A stretch of 64,000 nt of DNA. Source: Dimorphilus gyrociliatus. Lineage: Eukaryota; Animalia; Annelida. A program made the translations under genes and the position numbers. Position 1 is the first letter of the stretch. Each line of letters starts with the position of its first letter. This document shows positions 23,609 through 36,016 of this stretch, piece by piece. The stretch spans positions 2,247,700 through 2,311,699 of the forward strand of contig CAJFCJ010000019.1 of the NCBI GenBank assembly GCA_904063045.1, written 5' to 3'. Under the pieces are notes generated by a model that worked only from the letters and a program-made list of their open reading frames with translations, was not told where the DNA came from and ran no database searches.

Positions 23609-25159
23609 ATGTCTACACCAATGAGCAGATGCAGGGGTCGTGGCTACTCTGATGTTGTATCAACCGCCACAATTGCCTATGACAAGGTTCCCTTTGAGAA
23701 AGCACCCACTATAACCACCTCTGTTGATTTGAATGCACCAACTATTTCAAAAAATAATTTACCCAAAATCAAGCTTGTACAATCAGTAGTTGATGATTAT
23801 GAAGAAAACCGTAAGCATCCCGTCGCTACGGTTTATGAGCTCTATGCTAAGAATCGTTTACGCGACGAAGTCGAATTTGTTGAATGCCATCCCGGAAGTG
23901 GCTCATCTCTTTACAAGTGCTGGTATCAGGTAAAGATAACAATTTATATTTACAATTTCTTCCAAAACAATTTTTTTCAGTGCATTATTTCGGGGGTGAA
24001 ATTTTTACCAGCCAGTGGCAATAGTCAAAAGGAAGCTAAAGAACGAGCCGGTCGAGTTGTATTAGATCATCTCCTTGGTAAACAATATGGACTGGTCAAT
24101 GAAGACAGCAACGAACCAAAAGAACAAACAGTATCCCATACAGATTTAGTGAAAGTATCCTTGGAAAAGCTAGAGGATCTCGCTAACAAGAATGCCGCAT
24201 TTGCAGCAGAAATACTTCGACAGGACTGCGCTGTCTTTGTCAGGAGTCGCCGGAATAACAATTTATACGATTTAGAGGTTGTCTCAGTTGGATGTGGTTC
24301 AGTTAATAAAATGTCCACATTTTGTGAAGGAGCTTGTATTCGTGATTGCAAGGCACTCTCCTTGGCTAGAAGAGGTCTCATTCGCTATTTTCAAAATGAA
24401 ATAAGGTGGTATTGCCATAATACCAGCGACAGTGTATTAGAATTAGTGGAAAATGAGCAACCAATTTTTCAAGTTGAAGAAAAGTATAGATTTCATCTTG
24501 TTCTATTTCAACCTCCCGAAATAGAAAACTATCAACAATACGAGGAGATGCTACACAGCGAAAAAAGTGAAGACTTAAAATTTGACTCTTATGATCATCC
24601 TACAGATAATGATTTATTCTCAAAAAATATACGATTCACTCATAATATTTATGAAAATGAAAAGCTTGATCATTCTGCTAATAAGCTTTTCAAATGGAAC
24701 CACGTTGGTCTGTTAGGATCAAAATTAAGCGGCACAATAAAACCTGTGTTTTTGGATAGCATAACTGCTCAAACGTCGCCACAGCTTATGGCCTACGTGG
24801 CATGCTGTCGTTCTAAAATTCCTGTTCATCATCCACGAATTGGAGAAGATGACTTGATTTACACATTTGTGCGTTATCCAAAGCAGCTAAAAACTAGTAT
24901 TTCTTGGTCAGTGGGTTTCAAAATTTCTGACGAAGTTGAAGCTGTTGCATCTGAGAATGGTCAAAACTACTGTTATCGGAACGAAGTCAGCTACTTGTCA
25001 AATTTTGCTTTTCAAAGAAGACAAGAAAAAATGATTGAGAACGCTAAGGAACATAATCTACCTGATGTTTATCACCTATTGATTCATCCCAACAAGATTC
25101 AAAAGAGGGAATATGAAGCCTCAGTAAACAGATATAAAAAAGCTGTTTCCTTATTGTAA
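23609..25159 (+). CDS. ADAD/ADAR-like protein: one dsRBD plus catalytically dead adenosine deaminase domain
   Basis: dsRBD HPVATVYE..ASGNSQKEAKERAG (51-nt intron 23930-23980); deaminase fold VVSVGCG..IRDCKALSLARRGLIRY, NKLFKWNHVGLLGSKLS..PVFLDSI. Confidence 0.8.
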   Translation: MSTPMSRCRGRGYSDVVSTATIAYDKVPFEKAPTITTSVDLNAPTISKNNLPKIKLVQSVVDDYEENRKHPVATVYELYAKNRLRDEVEFVECHPGSGSSLYKCWYQVKITIYIYNFFQNNFFQCIISGVKFLPASGNSQKEAKERAGRVVLDHLLGKQYGLVNEDSNEPKEQTVSHTDLVKVSLEKLEDLANKNAAFAAEILRQDCAVFVRSRRNNNLYDLEVVSVGCGSVNKMSTFCEGACIRDCKALSLARRGLIRYFQNEIRWYCHNTSDSVLELVENEQPIFQVEEKYRFHLVLFQPPEIENYQQYEEMLHSEKSEDLKFDSYDHPTDNDLFSKNIRFTHNIYENEKLDHSANKLFKWNHVGLLGSKLSGTIKPVFLDSITAQTSPQLMAYVACCRSKIPVHHPRIGEDDLIYTFVRYPKQLKTSISWSVGFKISDEVEAVASENGQNYCYRNEVSYLSNFAFQRRQEKMIENAKEHNLPDVYHLLIHPNKIQKREYEASVNRYKKAVSLL

Positions 25160-26931
25160 ATGTGAAATAGCAACATGCAACATTGTAGAATAGTAACTAT
25201 GGCTTCATTTGTTGTCAAACAATCAATCAAAGCAGATTTTTTTTGATAACTATAGGCTTACTATATCTTATTAAACTGATCTCAGGAATGACTAAAATTC
25301 CATTCGACTACGAGTGACCTTTATTCTAGTTTCACTGCTGATTATTTTTTCTTTAGTATAATTGTATTGTTATTTCATTTAATGAGTCTCATTCATATCA
25401 GTAGCCTATTTTCTATATATATATAATAATAGGTACTTCCTACAGGATCTTTTTTGTTCATGCTCTTATGGTTTCAAAGGGGATAAAAATTGTCGATTCA
25501 GCGTGTATACGCGACAGCATAATTTATCACCTTTAGGGAAAACCGGGTCAGCAATTGGAAATGTTCTACTTTTTGTCACATAACTATAGCTAATTAGATT
25601 TAAAATTTTTTTCTCTTGTAATGGTGAATGTCAGACTAACGATACAACAATATCAATGACGCATGAAATGCTGTACGCTTTCTAACTGATAGGCTGTACA
25701 GTAGGACATAAACTTTCTAATTTAAAAAAGAAAAAAATGTAAATTGTATGAATTGACGACCTCAACTGTAAACTTTTATCAGATTAGAAAGTTGTAATTA
25801 TCATCAAGGTCGCTTTCAATTTATGGCTGACTTATGCGAGACATATTTTCTACGATGTTTTAAATAACTGTAAAACATACTTATTTAAAAATTTGATAAT
25901 TGTTATATAATTATGAATCTCTGAATTAGCTGTCTTTTTATTAGGTTTATTATTTTAATTACGGATCTCTTTGTTTCGTGAAACACTTGATTTGTTTAAA
26001 TATTCAAATATTTCTTTCTGCATATTGCTCCCATAAGTGCTCTGTTATATATGTTATATGCAGATAACATTTCTAGTTGATACCTATTTATTTGTCTTTT
26101 CTAGTGTTTTATTGAAAAAAGAAATCAATACTTTTTTGTTCAGTAAATAAGCAGGTCAAACCTGGAACATGTCAACTGATGAAGGTCAAACTTTTAAATA
26201 TTTATCCAAATAGAACAAGTACTGTTACGTATAAGTCTACGAGCATTACTTAATATCTGAATGTTCTACGCGTTATTTTTTTATATGACTCATCATCACT
26301 CTTAGCATAAAGCGGGATGGCCAATTGACTTATTTCTAAATCAAAGTATATTAACATAAATATGTAAGAATGTAAGGGTAATTTCAATTCCATCATTATA
26401 ATATGTACTTCTTATGCAAGTTATAACAATTAGTCTTTATTAACTGCGCATTCTTTCTATCTACTCTGTTCCTCATTTCGTTTTTTTTTTCTTTCTTAAT
26501 CAGATAACCGTATAGCTCATACATTCATTAAATTGATTTTAATAGTACGATATCAATATAAACTTGAGTTAATCTTTTAAAAAAAATAACGTTTAAAAAT
26601 ATAACAAACTTTTTATAGGTTAAGCTGATAGCTAGATCTTTTTTAGGCATAGATAGAGTGTGAATATTTAAATTTCCCACTTTTTGAGTTACTCCAAAAT
26701 TCTTCTCAGATAACACGCGGCAATTTCGGTAAACCAATTAATATTTTGACAAAAAGTTACAAATTTTGATTAGAAATATTTTTTTGACTTGTAATTTAGG
26801 ATTATAAACTTTTAATTTTTTTAAGTTTTAATTTACAAGTTCATCGATACTTTTATGCATATTAAAAGCAATTTAAACTTTCATGGGTATATTATCGCTC
26901 AGATTTTCGTTAGACGCGTTGAACTTGGCAC

Positions 26932-29900
26932 ATGGGAGTGTAAGTTTCTACAAAAATAAGGTTTAAAGTTATCATCCATTAGTAAAAATGCAAAAGCGGA
27001 AAAGAGAAAGGCCAGCTGCTCATTCTGTGAAAACCAGCGGAAGTCAAACTTCAAATACAACTGCACAATCCCAACGTAAGTGTACATTACGTAATTTCAA
27101 GAAACATTCTAACGTTTTTTATATGGATTCATCAACTTCAAATAAAAAGTTATGATTTATGCTTAATGCGAATTTATTTTGCCTAATTTTTAACAGTTTT
27201 ATTTCTTTATTAAAAACAACATGTGTAACCCAATCAAAATATAAATAAGAACAATTTCTTGACAGTTATCCTAGAATAATTAGCTAAAATTGAAATGTAT
27301 TCTTATTATCGACATACAGTATCGAATCCACCAAAGATATTTAAACCGCCAAAAAATGTTACTGTTCCGGAGCAAGGACCTGCAAAGTTTACTGCTAAAA
27401 TTGTTGGATTTCCGTTACCAAAGGTTTCTTGGTAAGTTCCAGGGCAAATTTTTATCCTATTAGAATCCAATTTTTGTATCACTGCTTTTAGGTTTATCGA
27501 AGGAACTTTACTAGAGGAAACAGGAAACATTCATATGGATTTTGAACCGAAATCGAATATTTACAATCTGACAATATCTGATAATCTTAAGGGAATGAGC
27601 GGAAAAGTTAAAGTTTTAGCTGTAAACAAAGAAGGAGAAGCCACAGCGGAAGTGAACTTGATTGTCACAGGCAGAGCTGCTTCATTTTTGGAAAAACCTC
27701 TAAAATGTACAGCCTTACAAGGTAGTATGGCTATATTTTGCTGTAAGGTTGATGGCGATCCAGTTCCCGAGGTTAAATGGTTCAGAGGAAAAGATATAGA
27801 AATTGAGGACTCAGCAAACTATAAAGCTTACTTTGACGAACGTACTAACGAACATGTTCTAGAAATAGATAATATTGGAAAGAAACATGCTGGTATTTAT
27901 ACAGTGAACCTTGAGAATAATTTCGGTCGTGAAAAAACTTCAGCCATATTGGTTGTAACTGAAAATAGCGAAGAATATGATAAGTGGAGAAAAACACTTA
28001 GAAGATTAAAAGATTCAGAAATGAATAACAATATCTTGTCAGCTAACAACAATAAAACAGACTATTCTAAGCAAATTGACTCTCAAGAGGCCGTTGCTGA
28101 ATCTCCCCAAAAAAAACCTGAAGTCCAGAGACGTAGACGTCGTAAAGCAAGAAGCGAAGTTGAACATATTAATACCAATCACTCAACAAGTCGCCAAACT
28201 GAGAAGAAATCAATAGACTGTAGCAAAAACGACAGTAATTTGAGCAATCATTCATCAACACAGAGTGAAGTGGTGACGCAACGTCGCCGACCTAGAAATT
28301 TGGAAACTTCTAAAATCAAACAAGAAGTGCCAACAACTAATAATATCACAAAGGTTTGGTTTCAATGACTTTATAGCCTAATACATTAGTATATATCTAA
28401 TATTAGTACATATAAAATTCATCACCAATTAGAGACTTATTTCTTATACTATTTCAGCCTGCATTTATTCGAGAACTTCAGGATTTGCGAATAAAGGAAG
28501 CGGAATCTGCAGAGTTTGAATGCGAAGCTAACCAATCTGATTTACCCATCACATGGTTTATTGATGATATTCAAGTAGTACCCAGTCAAAAGTATCAAAT
28601 TTTTTCAACTAAAACCACTCATAAACTAGTTATCAATAATTTAAAATTGGACGATGAAGGAGAAGTAAAATGTCGGGCAAGTAACCAAACTACATCGGCT
28701 CATCTTTTTGTATCAACAATGAAACCGTACTTTATCGCCAAGTTTTTCAACAAGAAAATCTTGGAACATGCAGATGCTTATTTTATATGCAAATTAAATG
28801 AAGATTTAACAGTGGCCTGGTATCACAAAGGTCGAATTGTACCAGATGATGATAAAAAGTATAAGATATTGAATGAAGGAATGACCAAAACTCTGATTAT
28901 AAAAGATTGTAGTATTGAAGATTCTGGTGTAATAAAAGTATTCTGCCGAAATGTTAGCTGTGAAGCGAATTTGAGGGTTCAAGCTTTCACTTCTGAATTC
29001 TCTAAGCCATTAACAAATTTAACTGTCAGAGAAAATTCAATGGCTGAATTTGTATGCTATACACATCATTGTCAGCTTCGTTCATCTATTTCTTGGTATA
29101 TTGAATCAAACAAAGTCACTGAATCAGAAAAGTACTGCTTGATATCCGATGGTTGGAAACATTCTTTAAGAATTAACAAAGTTTCAAAAATGGAAGAAGG
29201 TAAAATAACAGTTAGGTGCAAGGGCGATGAATGTTCGGCTGATTTAATAGTAGATGGTCAATTTTTTCAAAGTGAAAGAGTTTGCAAATCGGTCACTCAT
29301 AGTCCAATGGAAGTTATACATGATCGTACAAAGTGTCGCTTAAGTTCTCCTGTGTCTCCTTGGAAACATGGCTTCGAATGTTTCGTTGTTCAAAATGACC
29401 AAAATGAAATACACTGTTCACGTTGTGAAGATTCTAAGAAGTTGTTAGCTCGTATGTGTGAATGTCCACGAGAGGCCGATTCCGAGAAAGAAAGTGATCA
29501 TAAGAATTCAAGTATCGGTAGGAGAATTAATCGCAAACTCCGCTATTTGTCCTGCCCAGACGAACTAAGTAGTAGTCCAAGAATAAAGGAGAAAGAAAGT
29601 GTAATTAATAGTCCAAAATCGGACAAAATGGAATCCTGTATTAGGAATCTCTTTTCAAGCCCTGAATCTCTTGATAAATCTGCAGCGAGTCAGAGTTCTA
29701 GTTATAGATCAGCATCTGGCCAATCCATTGGTGGGAATGATGTACTTAAAACTCTTAAAGATTTTAGTTCCGCCAAAAGTCACAACGGTATTTTTGATAA
29801 TAAATATCTTCTTCAGGTGGACGACACATCTGAAACTGAAAGTTCTAAGTCATCTTTACAATATCTACCAGATGTTGGTAAATCTAGAAGTAGGCTTAGA

Positions 29901-30668
29901 AGGCAACCGAATGAGTCACCTCCATGGAAAATAAGGGAGAGATTAAGTTTACCAATAGAGCCAGTCTATCCTCCGAAGCCAGCAGAAATCAAAACTGTGA
30001 AAGATAGAGTTAAATATTTTGAGCATTGTGAAGAGGAAAAACCAATGTGTAGCGAAGACTTTCCTTCTTTCGAAAGAGAATCAGTTAAAAAAATTGTTGA
30101 AAAATTTGAAAAATTGTCAATAGAAGGAAAATTAATATTAATTGGAAGGCAAGAGCATCCGGACACAAATATTTATACTGATGATAAAAATGGTCAGCGT
30201 GAGTACAGGCAAAAATTCAACTCTCTTTTACATGAAATATTAAAGGAATTAGATAATTTGGCCAAGAAGAGAAAGTTGCACATAAACTTTGACAGTGTAA
30301 TCCTTGATAATTCTTACTTGCTGCCAAAAAATGAATTATCCAAAGAAGATCTTAAATTCAGCATAAGGCGAAAAATTCATGAAGTTGAGAGAGCTATAAT
30401 TGAATTCTTGAAAGCGTTGTCCTCAAAAAGTTCTAAAGAAAATAAATTTCAAGAGGGCATTGTCATATACGAGACAATAGCCACTTCAAAGTCGTTCAGC
30501 TCCAACAAGTATCAAAAACTTGATAGGTCGACTTTGAAAAATCCGGAATTTTTTGAATCAAAATTGCAAATCAATCCGGTTACTCTTGTAATCAAAGACG
30601 GTAAAGAAAATAGTGATAAGCAGCAATTCAGAAAGTGTTTAAATGAAATTCTCAGCTATAATAAGTGA
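26932..30668 (+). CDS. Short titin/obscurin-like intracellular protein with five I-set Ig domains
   Basis: Predicted exons 26932-26939, 26983-27075, 27320-27430, 27493-28353, 28458-30668. I-set signatures PPKI..P.V.W, VDGDPVPEVKWFR..HAGIY, ITWF..DEGEVKC, VAWYH..EDSG, ISWY..EEGKI; low-complexity linker and long unique C-tail. The first two exons are less certain. Confidence 0.75.
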
Positions 30669-31004
30669 TATTACTTTTTTTCTCAAATAAAAGATAAGAA
30701 AATATGTTTGAGGAAATAATTAACTGTACATCTGACGTTAAATATTTATGTTCGTAAAATTAGTTACTTTTCTTGACTAGATTGTTTAATAATCCTAATA
30801 AAAAGTATTTTTGAAGAAGTTGAAACAATTTTTATTATTACGTAATAAAATTGTTATCCTGAAAAATAATAAAATTAAGTTTGAAGAGAATTTCACAAAT
30901 CATAATTATCACGAGAAGTTATTTACGACAGTTTAACAAAAATATATCAAAAATAATTGACGGTTTTAGATGATCTTCTAACGAAAGCAAAGAACATTTT
31001 CTTT

Positions 31005-34000
31005 TTAAGTTTTAAGATTATTCATGCAATTGAGGAGCTTTTCAAAAGCCTTATCTTGATTATCCTTGGTTTTTAAACCCTCCTCAACTCGTTTTCGTAT
31101 TTTTGAGAAGAGCTTCAAATCAGTTTCGGAAAGTACAGTCAGAAGAGTTTTAAGTAAGATTTCGATGTTCGAACAATTTAAGTCCGCATGAGCAATAACA
31201 ATATTTAGTAAGCTGGAACATAGAACGGCTGATCTTTTTGGAGTCTGAAACAGTTGCATATCGTTATATTACATATTTTATTTTTTATTTAAGAATAAAA
31301 AATTTACCAATTCTTTAATTCTAATAATACATTGTTCAAGCACGTTACAAGCAAGAGAATTCAATTCGTTTATGAACTTATTGTCCGAACCATATAGAGC
31401 ATCGTTCGAATCAACTGAAAATATTCAAACAATTGTATGAGAAATATTAAGATAAGTCTTTGGTAAACATTTATTACCTCTCTCTATTCTATAAATATAC
31501 TGCTCTTGCGAGAAAGAACTTAAGAGGCACAAAACGTTTGCGAAAATATGAAATTTAGAATCATGACTGGAATCCCAATCATGCGCCTCAACAGCATTTA
31601 AAAGACCATTCAATAAATATAAGACTCCAGCGTCTGGGTTATCAGGAACATAAAGCAATGTAGAAAGAAATTGTTGAATATACTCGACAAGAAACGGTTC
31701 TGTTGATCGACTTTTGCCATCAATAGCTATTGCCGGCGGAATACTTTTGAGCAGAGTGACCGCAGCTTTGAAGAAAGCATCAGCTGTTTTTAAAAGTACA
31801 TTAGAATTATATTACAAATGTGTTTGCGAAGTTACCTTGACTGAAGCATTGATTACACAGCGCAACCTGACCAGATAGGATGTATAATCGAAATTGTTCC
31901 AGCATACTGTTCAAAGATGGAATCGTAATGAAGGTATAAGCCACACAAGCTCTAACAAAAGGGGCAGTTTTAGCAGTATGAACAGAATTAACGATTCGTC
32001 GAGTTTCCATCGCTAAACCATTAACACAGTGCACAAGGAATGCTGTAACTCCGTCCAAGCCGCTAAATGTGGCGCGACATTCGACATAGAAAGACAATTG
32101 ACGCTCAAAGTCTCTCCCAAAATCAACTGATCGAATATAAGAAATTATATGACCTGTTATTGATCGAACTTCATCTTCCAGGGTAAGTGCACTGTTTATG
32201 CAGAATAAAATTGTTAAAAATAGCTTATTAGATTTTTAAGCAAAATTTTATTTCTACATACTTAACGCAATCATGCATCATCCTGCTTATATACATCAAT
32301 GAGTTTATTAGCACTTCATCTTCGGTGGCCTCTTCTTTCGAGTTCCTACAAAAACAAACCGGCTTTATCTTAATCTATTAAAGTATATAAAAAAATTACT
32401 TGTTGTAAGAATCCATTATCATTTTACCAATTTCAATTCTAACAGATTCCTTTTGGAATAAATCGACAAATGGCAAAAATTTATCCTAATAGAAAATTTA
32501 CAATAGAAGCTTTATTAAAATATTTGTTTTTAAATATTAAGGCTTTCATACCAATGAGAATAAAGTCTTGAAATCTGTCATTGTAGAGAGTATTTTTCCA
32601 AGAATTGACTGAAGCTCGGGATAATGATCTTCAAATGCTCTATCGCAAGTCATATGCTTTACAACATCTGCCAAGAGTGTATTCAGCTCTCTTTTCTATA
32701 TTATGAAAATATTTTTACTTTAAATGCACTTAAAATAAATTGAAGCAATTGAAACTCACTCCAAAATACTTTGCTACAAATTCAATCCATACTTCAGCAC
32801 AGCTGATGTACTCCTACAAAAAAATCACGGATGTTTTAATAAAAAAAGTCATCTATTTTTTGCTGTTCTCTCAAAAGTTTACCCCTGGATCTGCAAGTTT
32901 CATTACAGCATTCCAAACTTCATTGAGCAGATTAAGGCGATGCTCAACGGGAACTTCTGCGAATACAGCACACATTCCCAATCTCCGATAGAGAGCGCTC
33001 TAGAAAAATACTAAGCCGTTAGTTGTTTATAACCTTCACGAAATGCAAGAATACCCTTGAAATTCCAACATCTTTGCACTCCTTTATCATTTCAGCAAAT
33101 TCTAGCGATCTGCCAACAATGTAGTCAGGCTGAAAAGCAGATAGAATTGAATGCAAGAGAATGCCACTGTTAGATCTCTCTCTTCCAGTTTGCAGAATGG
33201 TTTTAAGCTCGCTGCTCGAAGCCTTGTAGGCAACACACTGTAAAATCCAATCTAAAGCTGGACTATATAAGTTCATGTAGACACCCATTTCAATCCGATT
33301 TTTAACTAATAACGGTTGAATACGTTCAGAGCGTATTTGGGAAAATGTAATCAAAAAGTCAGAATAAGTTGGCATTAAATGAACCCGTAAATTTTTATCT
33401 AATACAGATGCAACACGGCAGAGATAGCATCTTGCATATATGGCCACCAAAGGATCACCTACTCCACGAATCATGCTTGATAATCTCAACAGAGCGGGTT
33501 TATATGGCCTGGAAAAATATAATAGAATTTGAAAATATTAATTCTTATTCTCTAATTTTTATAAGAATATTCTAACTCAAGTTTTAAGAATCTATAGCAT
33601 TTTAGAATAGCACACTCGACGTAGAATCTTGGCAATAATTCACGTATTGAAGCAATTTTGTAAAACCAATTTCTACAGGTTTCCTTAGCAGATTCAGGAA
33701 CTTGATCACTTGTAAACTTATCTAGAACATGAATACAAAATGTTAGATATATATATATATATATATATATACTGTATATTAATGATGTGAATGATCCTCC
33801 ATAACCTACTCGAAATTGATTGAAATAAAAAAAGTTTCCAAAAAACCCTAAATCTTTTCTATGCAGCATATTTAATGAAAGTTACTGTAATGTACAAATT
33901 ATAACATTTGCTTTATTTTCATCGCTATCAAAAGGACCTAGATATTGGATGACAGTTATAAACGTTAACTGTTTTCATTATTTTTAAATAAAATATTTAA

Positions 34001-35094
34001 AGATTTAAAAAAAAAAATAACATCAACAGTTAGTTCTTTTTTTAATAGCCAAAAAAATGTTGTCAGTTGTCTAAAGAAAATAGCTGTGTCATTTCATAGA
34101 GTTGTTGAGTAGTATCAGGTGATTCCTGAACACGTATCACGCGAAAAAAAAAGAACGTTTGAAAAATATCTACCTGCTATATCAGAACCAATTTTAGATT
34201 TATCTCGAATTCTTTCAAAAACTAATCTTCCAAAAGTGTCTAGAATTTCGGTTACAAGCACGAATTTACTTGGGTAGAATTGAATAACACTAATATCTGA
34301 CAAAAGTTTCGCACACTGTAAGGGTTAATTGCATAAAAAACTGTAATTATCAAAGTTAATAAATTATACTCAATATATATACATTTAATTTATATATTTA
34401 TACATGCGCATAAAAAGACTTTATGATGATATCTTATGCTTACTTGAATGACAATTTTTAAAGATCTAACTCTTTGATCAGACTGCCAAGAAATTTTTAA
34501 TTCCGAATTTAAGTCATCTATTCTTTTAGTATAATCTTGTTGACTTAGATTTAATGTTTCCTGTACACTTCCTTCTTCAAAATCATCTAATTGTTCCAAT
34601 CTATTTCGAACAGTTTCGCTAACAACAGACTTTACAGACACTGGAAAAATTTACAGTAAAAAGAATAAATGTGACTTTTTTAAAAATTTAATACTCACTT
34701 TTATCCCCGTCTGAACATAGAACTGATATTGACAAAGTCTCTGATGTAGTATACTTAGCTAGAATAGCCGACTTTTTCGTATTCCACGATTCAAATGGTT
34801 CGTCTTTCTCTATTACTTCTTTTTCTTTTACACCAACAGAAACTTTTTTCTCTAAAGATAGAACGGAAAGGGGATCCCTTCCGTCCATAAGAGCAGTCAA
34901 CGGGTCAATGAAATCGGGTATGTCGGTTTTTTTCTGTTCTTTGCCCGACTATAAAACTCAATTACTTAACAACTGTCTCAGACGAATTGCAATTACTCAC
35001 ATTGATAACAGTAATCCCTTTAAGCGGGTGAGAAGCAGTTTCCTCAAAAACTAACTGCCGCTTCTCTCTCCAGTACTGTCTTTTGCGAGAGACC
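31005..35094 (-). CDS. VPS35L: VPS35 endosomal protein sorting factor-like (C16orf62, Retriever subunit); first coding exon unresolved
   Basis: [98 protein letters not shown]. Confidence 0.93.
33747..33771. repeat. (TA)n microsatellite in VPS35L intron
   Basis: Direct reading, about 12 units. Confidence 0.9.
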
Positions 35095-35294
35095 CTATAG
35101 CGAATATAAAGTTCTTAACGAATTCAACGACTTCACTACAATTTTATCAATTTTATTGGCTTATTTCACGATATTTTATAATATTGTTACGTTCTGATAC
35201 AATAACACATGTTATAATTTTACAAGCATCATCAAACTCAGATGACTAGTTGTAATATTTTTAAAGTTACAAACCAATTATAAGAAGACTCCCC

Positions 35295-35318
35295 CATCAC
35301 GTGATGTTAAGCGCGAAA
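35295..35318. promoter_or_regulatory. Palindromic E-box (CATCACGTGATG) plus E2F-like GCGCGAAA upstream of VPS35L
   Basis: Perfect 12-bp palindrome 35295-35306; gcgcgaaa 35311-35318. Confidence 0.55.
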
Positions 35319-35393
35319 CTATGCGGTCTAAAAAGAAATATAAAGCACTAATAGATCGATTTGCATAAGAAAATACATAAAAAATGAGTTTTT

Positions 35394-35797
35394 TTAAATT
35401 ATTTCGAGCTCGTTTTCCAAATTTCTCCAAGTTATTCCACAATTCAAATCTGGATCAGCAAAACAGTAACTTTGTTGATGAGGATGACGATTTAGTGTTC
35501 CGTCCTGAACTAGTTCTTCAAGTTTCTTATTCAACTTATTAGCTAGTTTTCGAATATTTATAGGGTAAAAATCTAGTATAGCATCGCTCATCATTTCAGG
35601 AGTAATCCAAAATTGATTTCCGTCGGATATCAAGTCAAGAGAATTATTGTTTAAATTCAAATGATCCGAATTAATGGCGTATTTTCTCAATGCATAATAA
35701 ATCATTTCATTAATATTTTGTTTATTACTAAAAAAATTAATAAAATTATATTTAGTACACTAATTTAAAGAATGTTCCAATTAATTACTAACCTCAT
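35394..35797 (-). CDS. Small winged-helix protein resembling the linker histone H1/H5 globular or SAMD1/KAT6 WH domain, no basic tail (~112 aa)
   Basis: Exon 1 ATG AG 35797-35793, intron 35792-35728, exon 2 35727-35394 in frame. EMIYYAL / MSDAILDFYP / KLNKKLEELVQDGTL..SY. Confidence 0.65.
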
Positions 35798-36016
35798 AGC
35801 TAGTTTATTGGAGCGTTTGTTAGTCTTCTGGGATGTCGGGGACTTTTAGTGTTTATTCTTTGAAAATTTCAAATAAGATGTTGAAATTTATTTCAAAATA
35901 TAGATGACGCTCTTTTTTAACTAAATGATGACGAGCGCCATATGAAGACGTTGTCAAATAGTAATGGACTATTTTCGATTTTTGCCTACATTCGTCTGAG
36001 TTATTTACTCGGCGGT

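Noticed and set aside
25300-26900. Search for muscle miRNAs, CArG/MEF2 boxes, tRNA or snRNA in the long spacer
   Set aside because: I found no convincing match or long hairpin by eye.
33772-33804. Possible 33-nt frame-preserving cassette exon ([11 protein letters not shown]) in VPS35L
   Set aside because: It has AG/GT borders but no recognisable homology and abuts a TA microsatellite; unsupported without RNA-seq.
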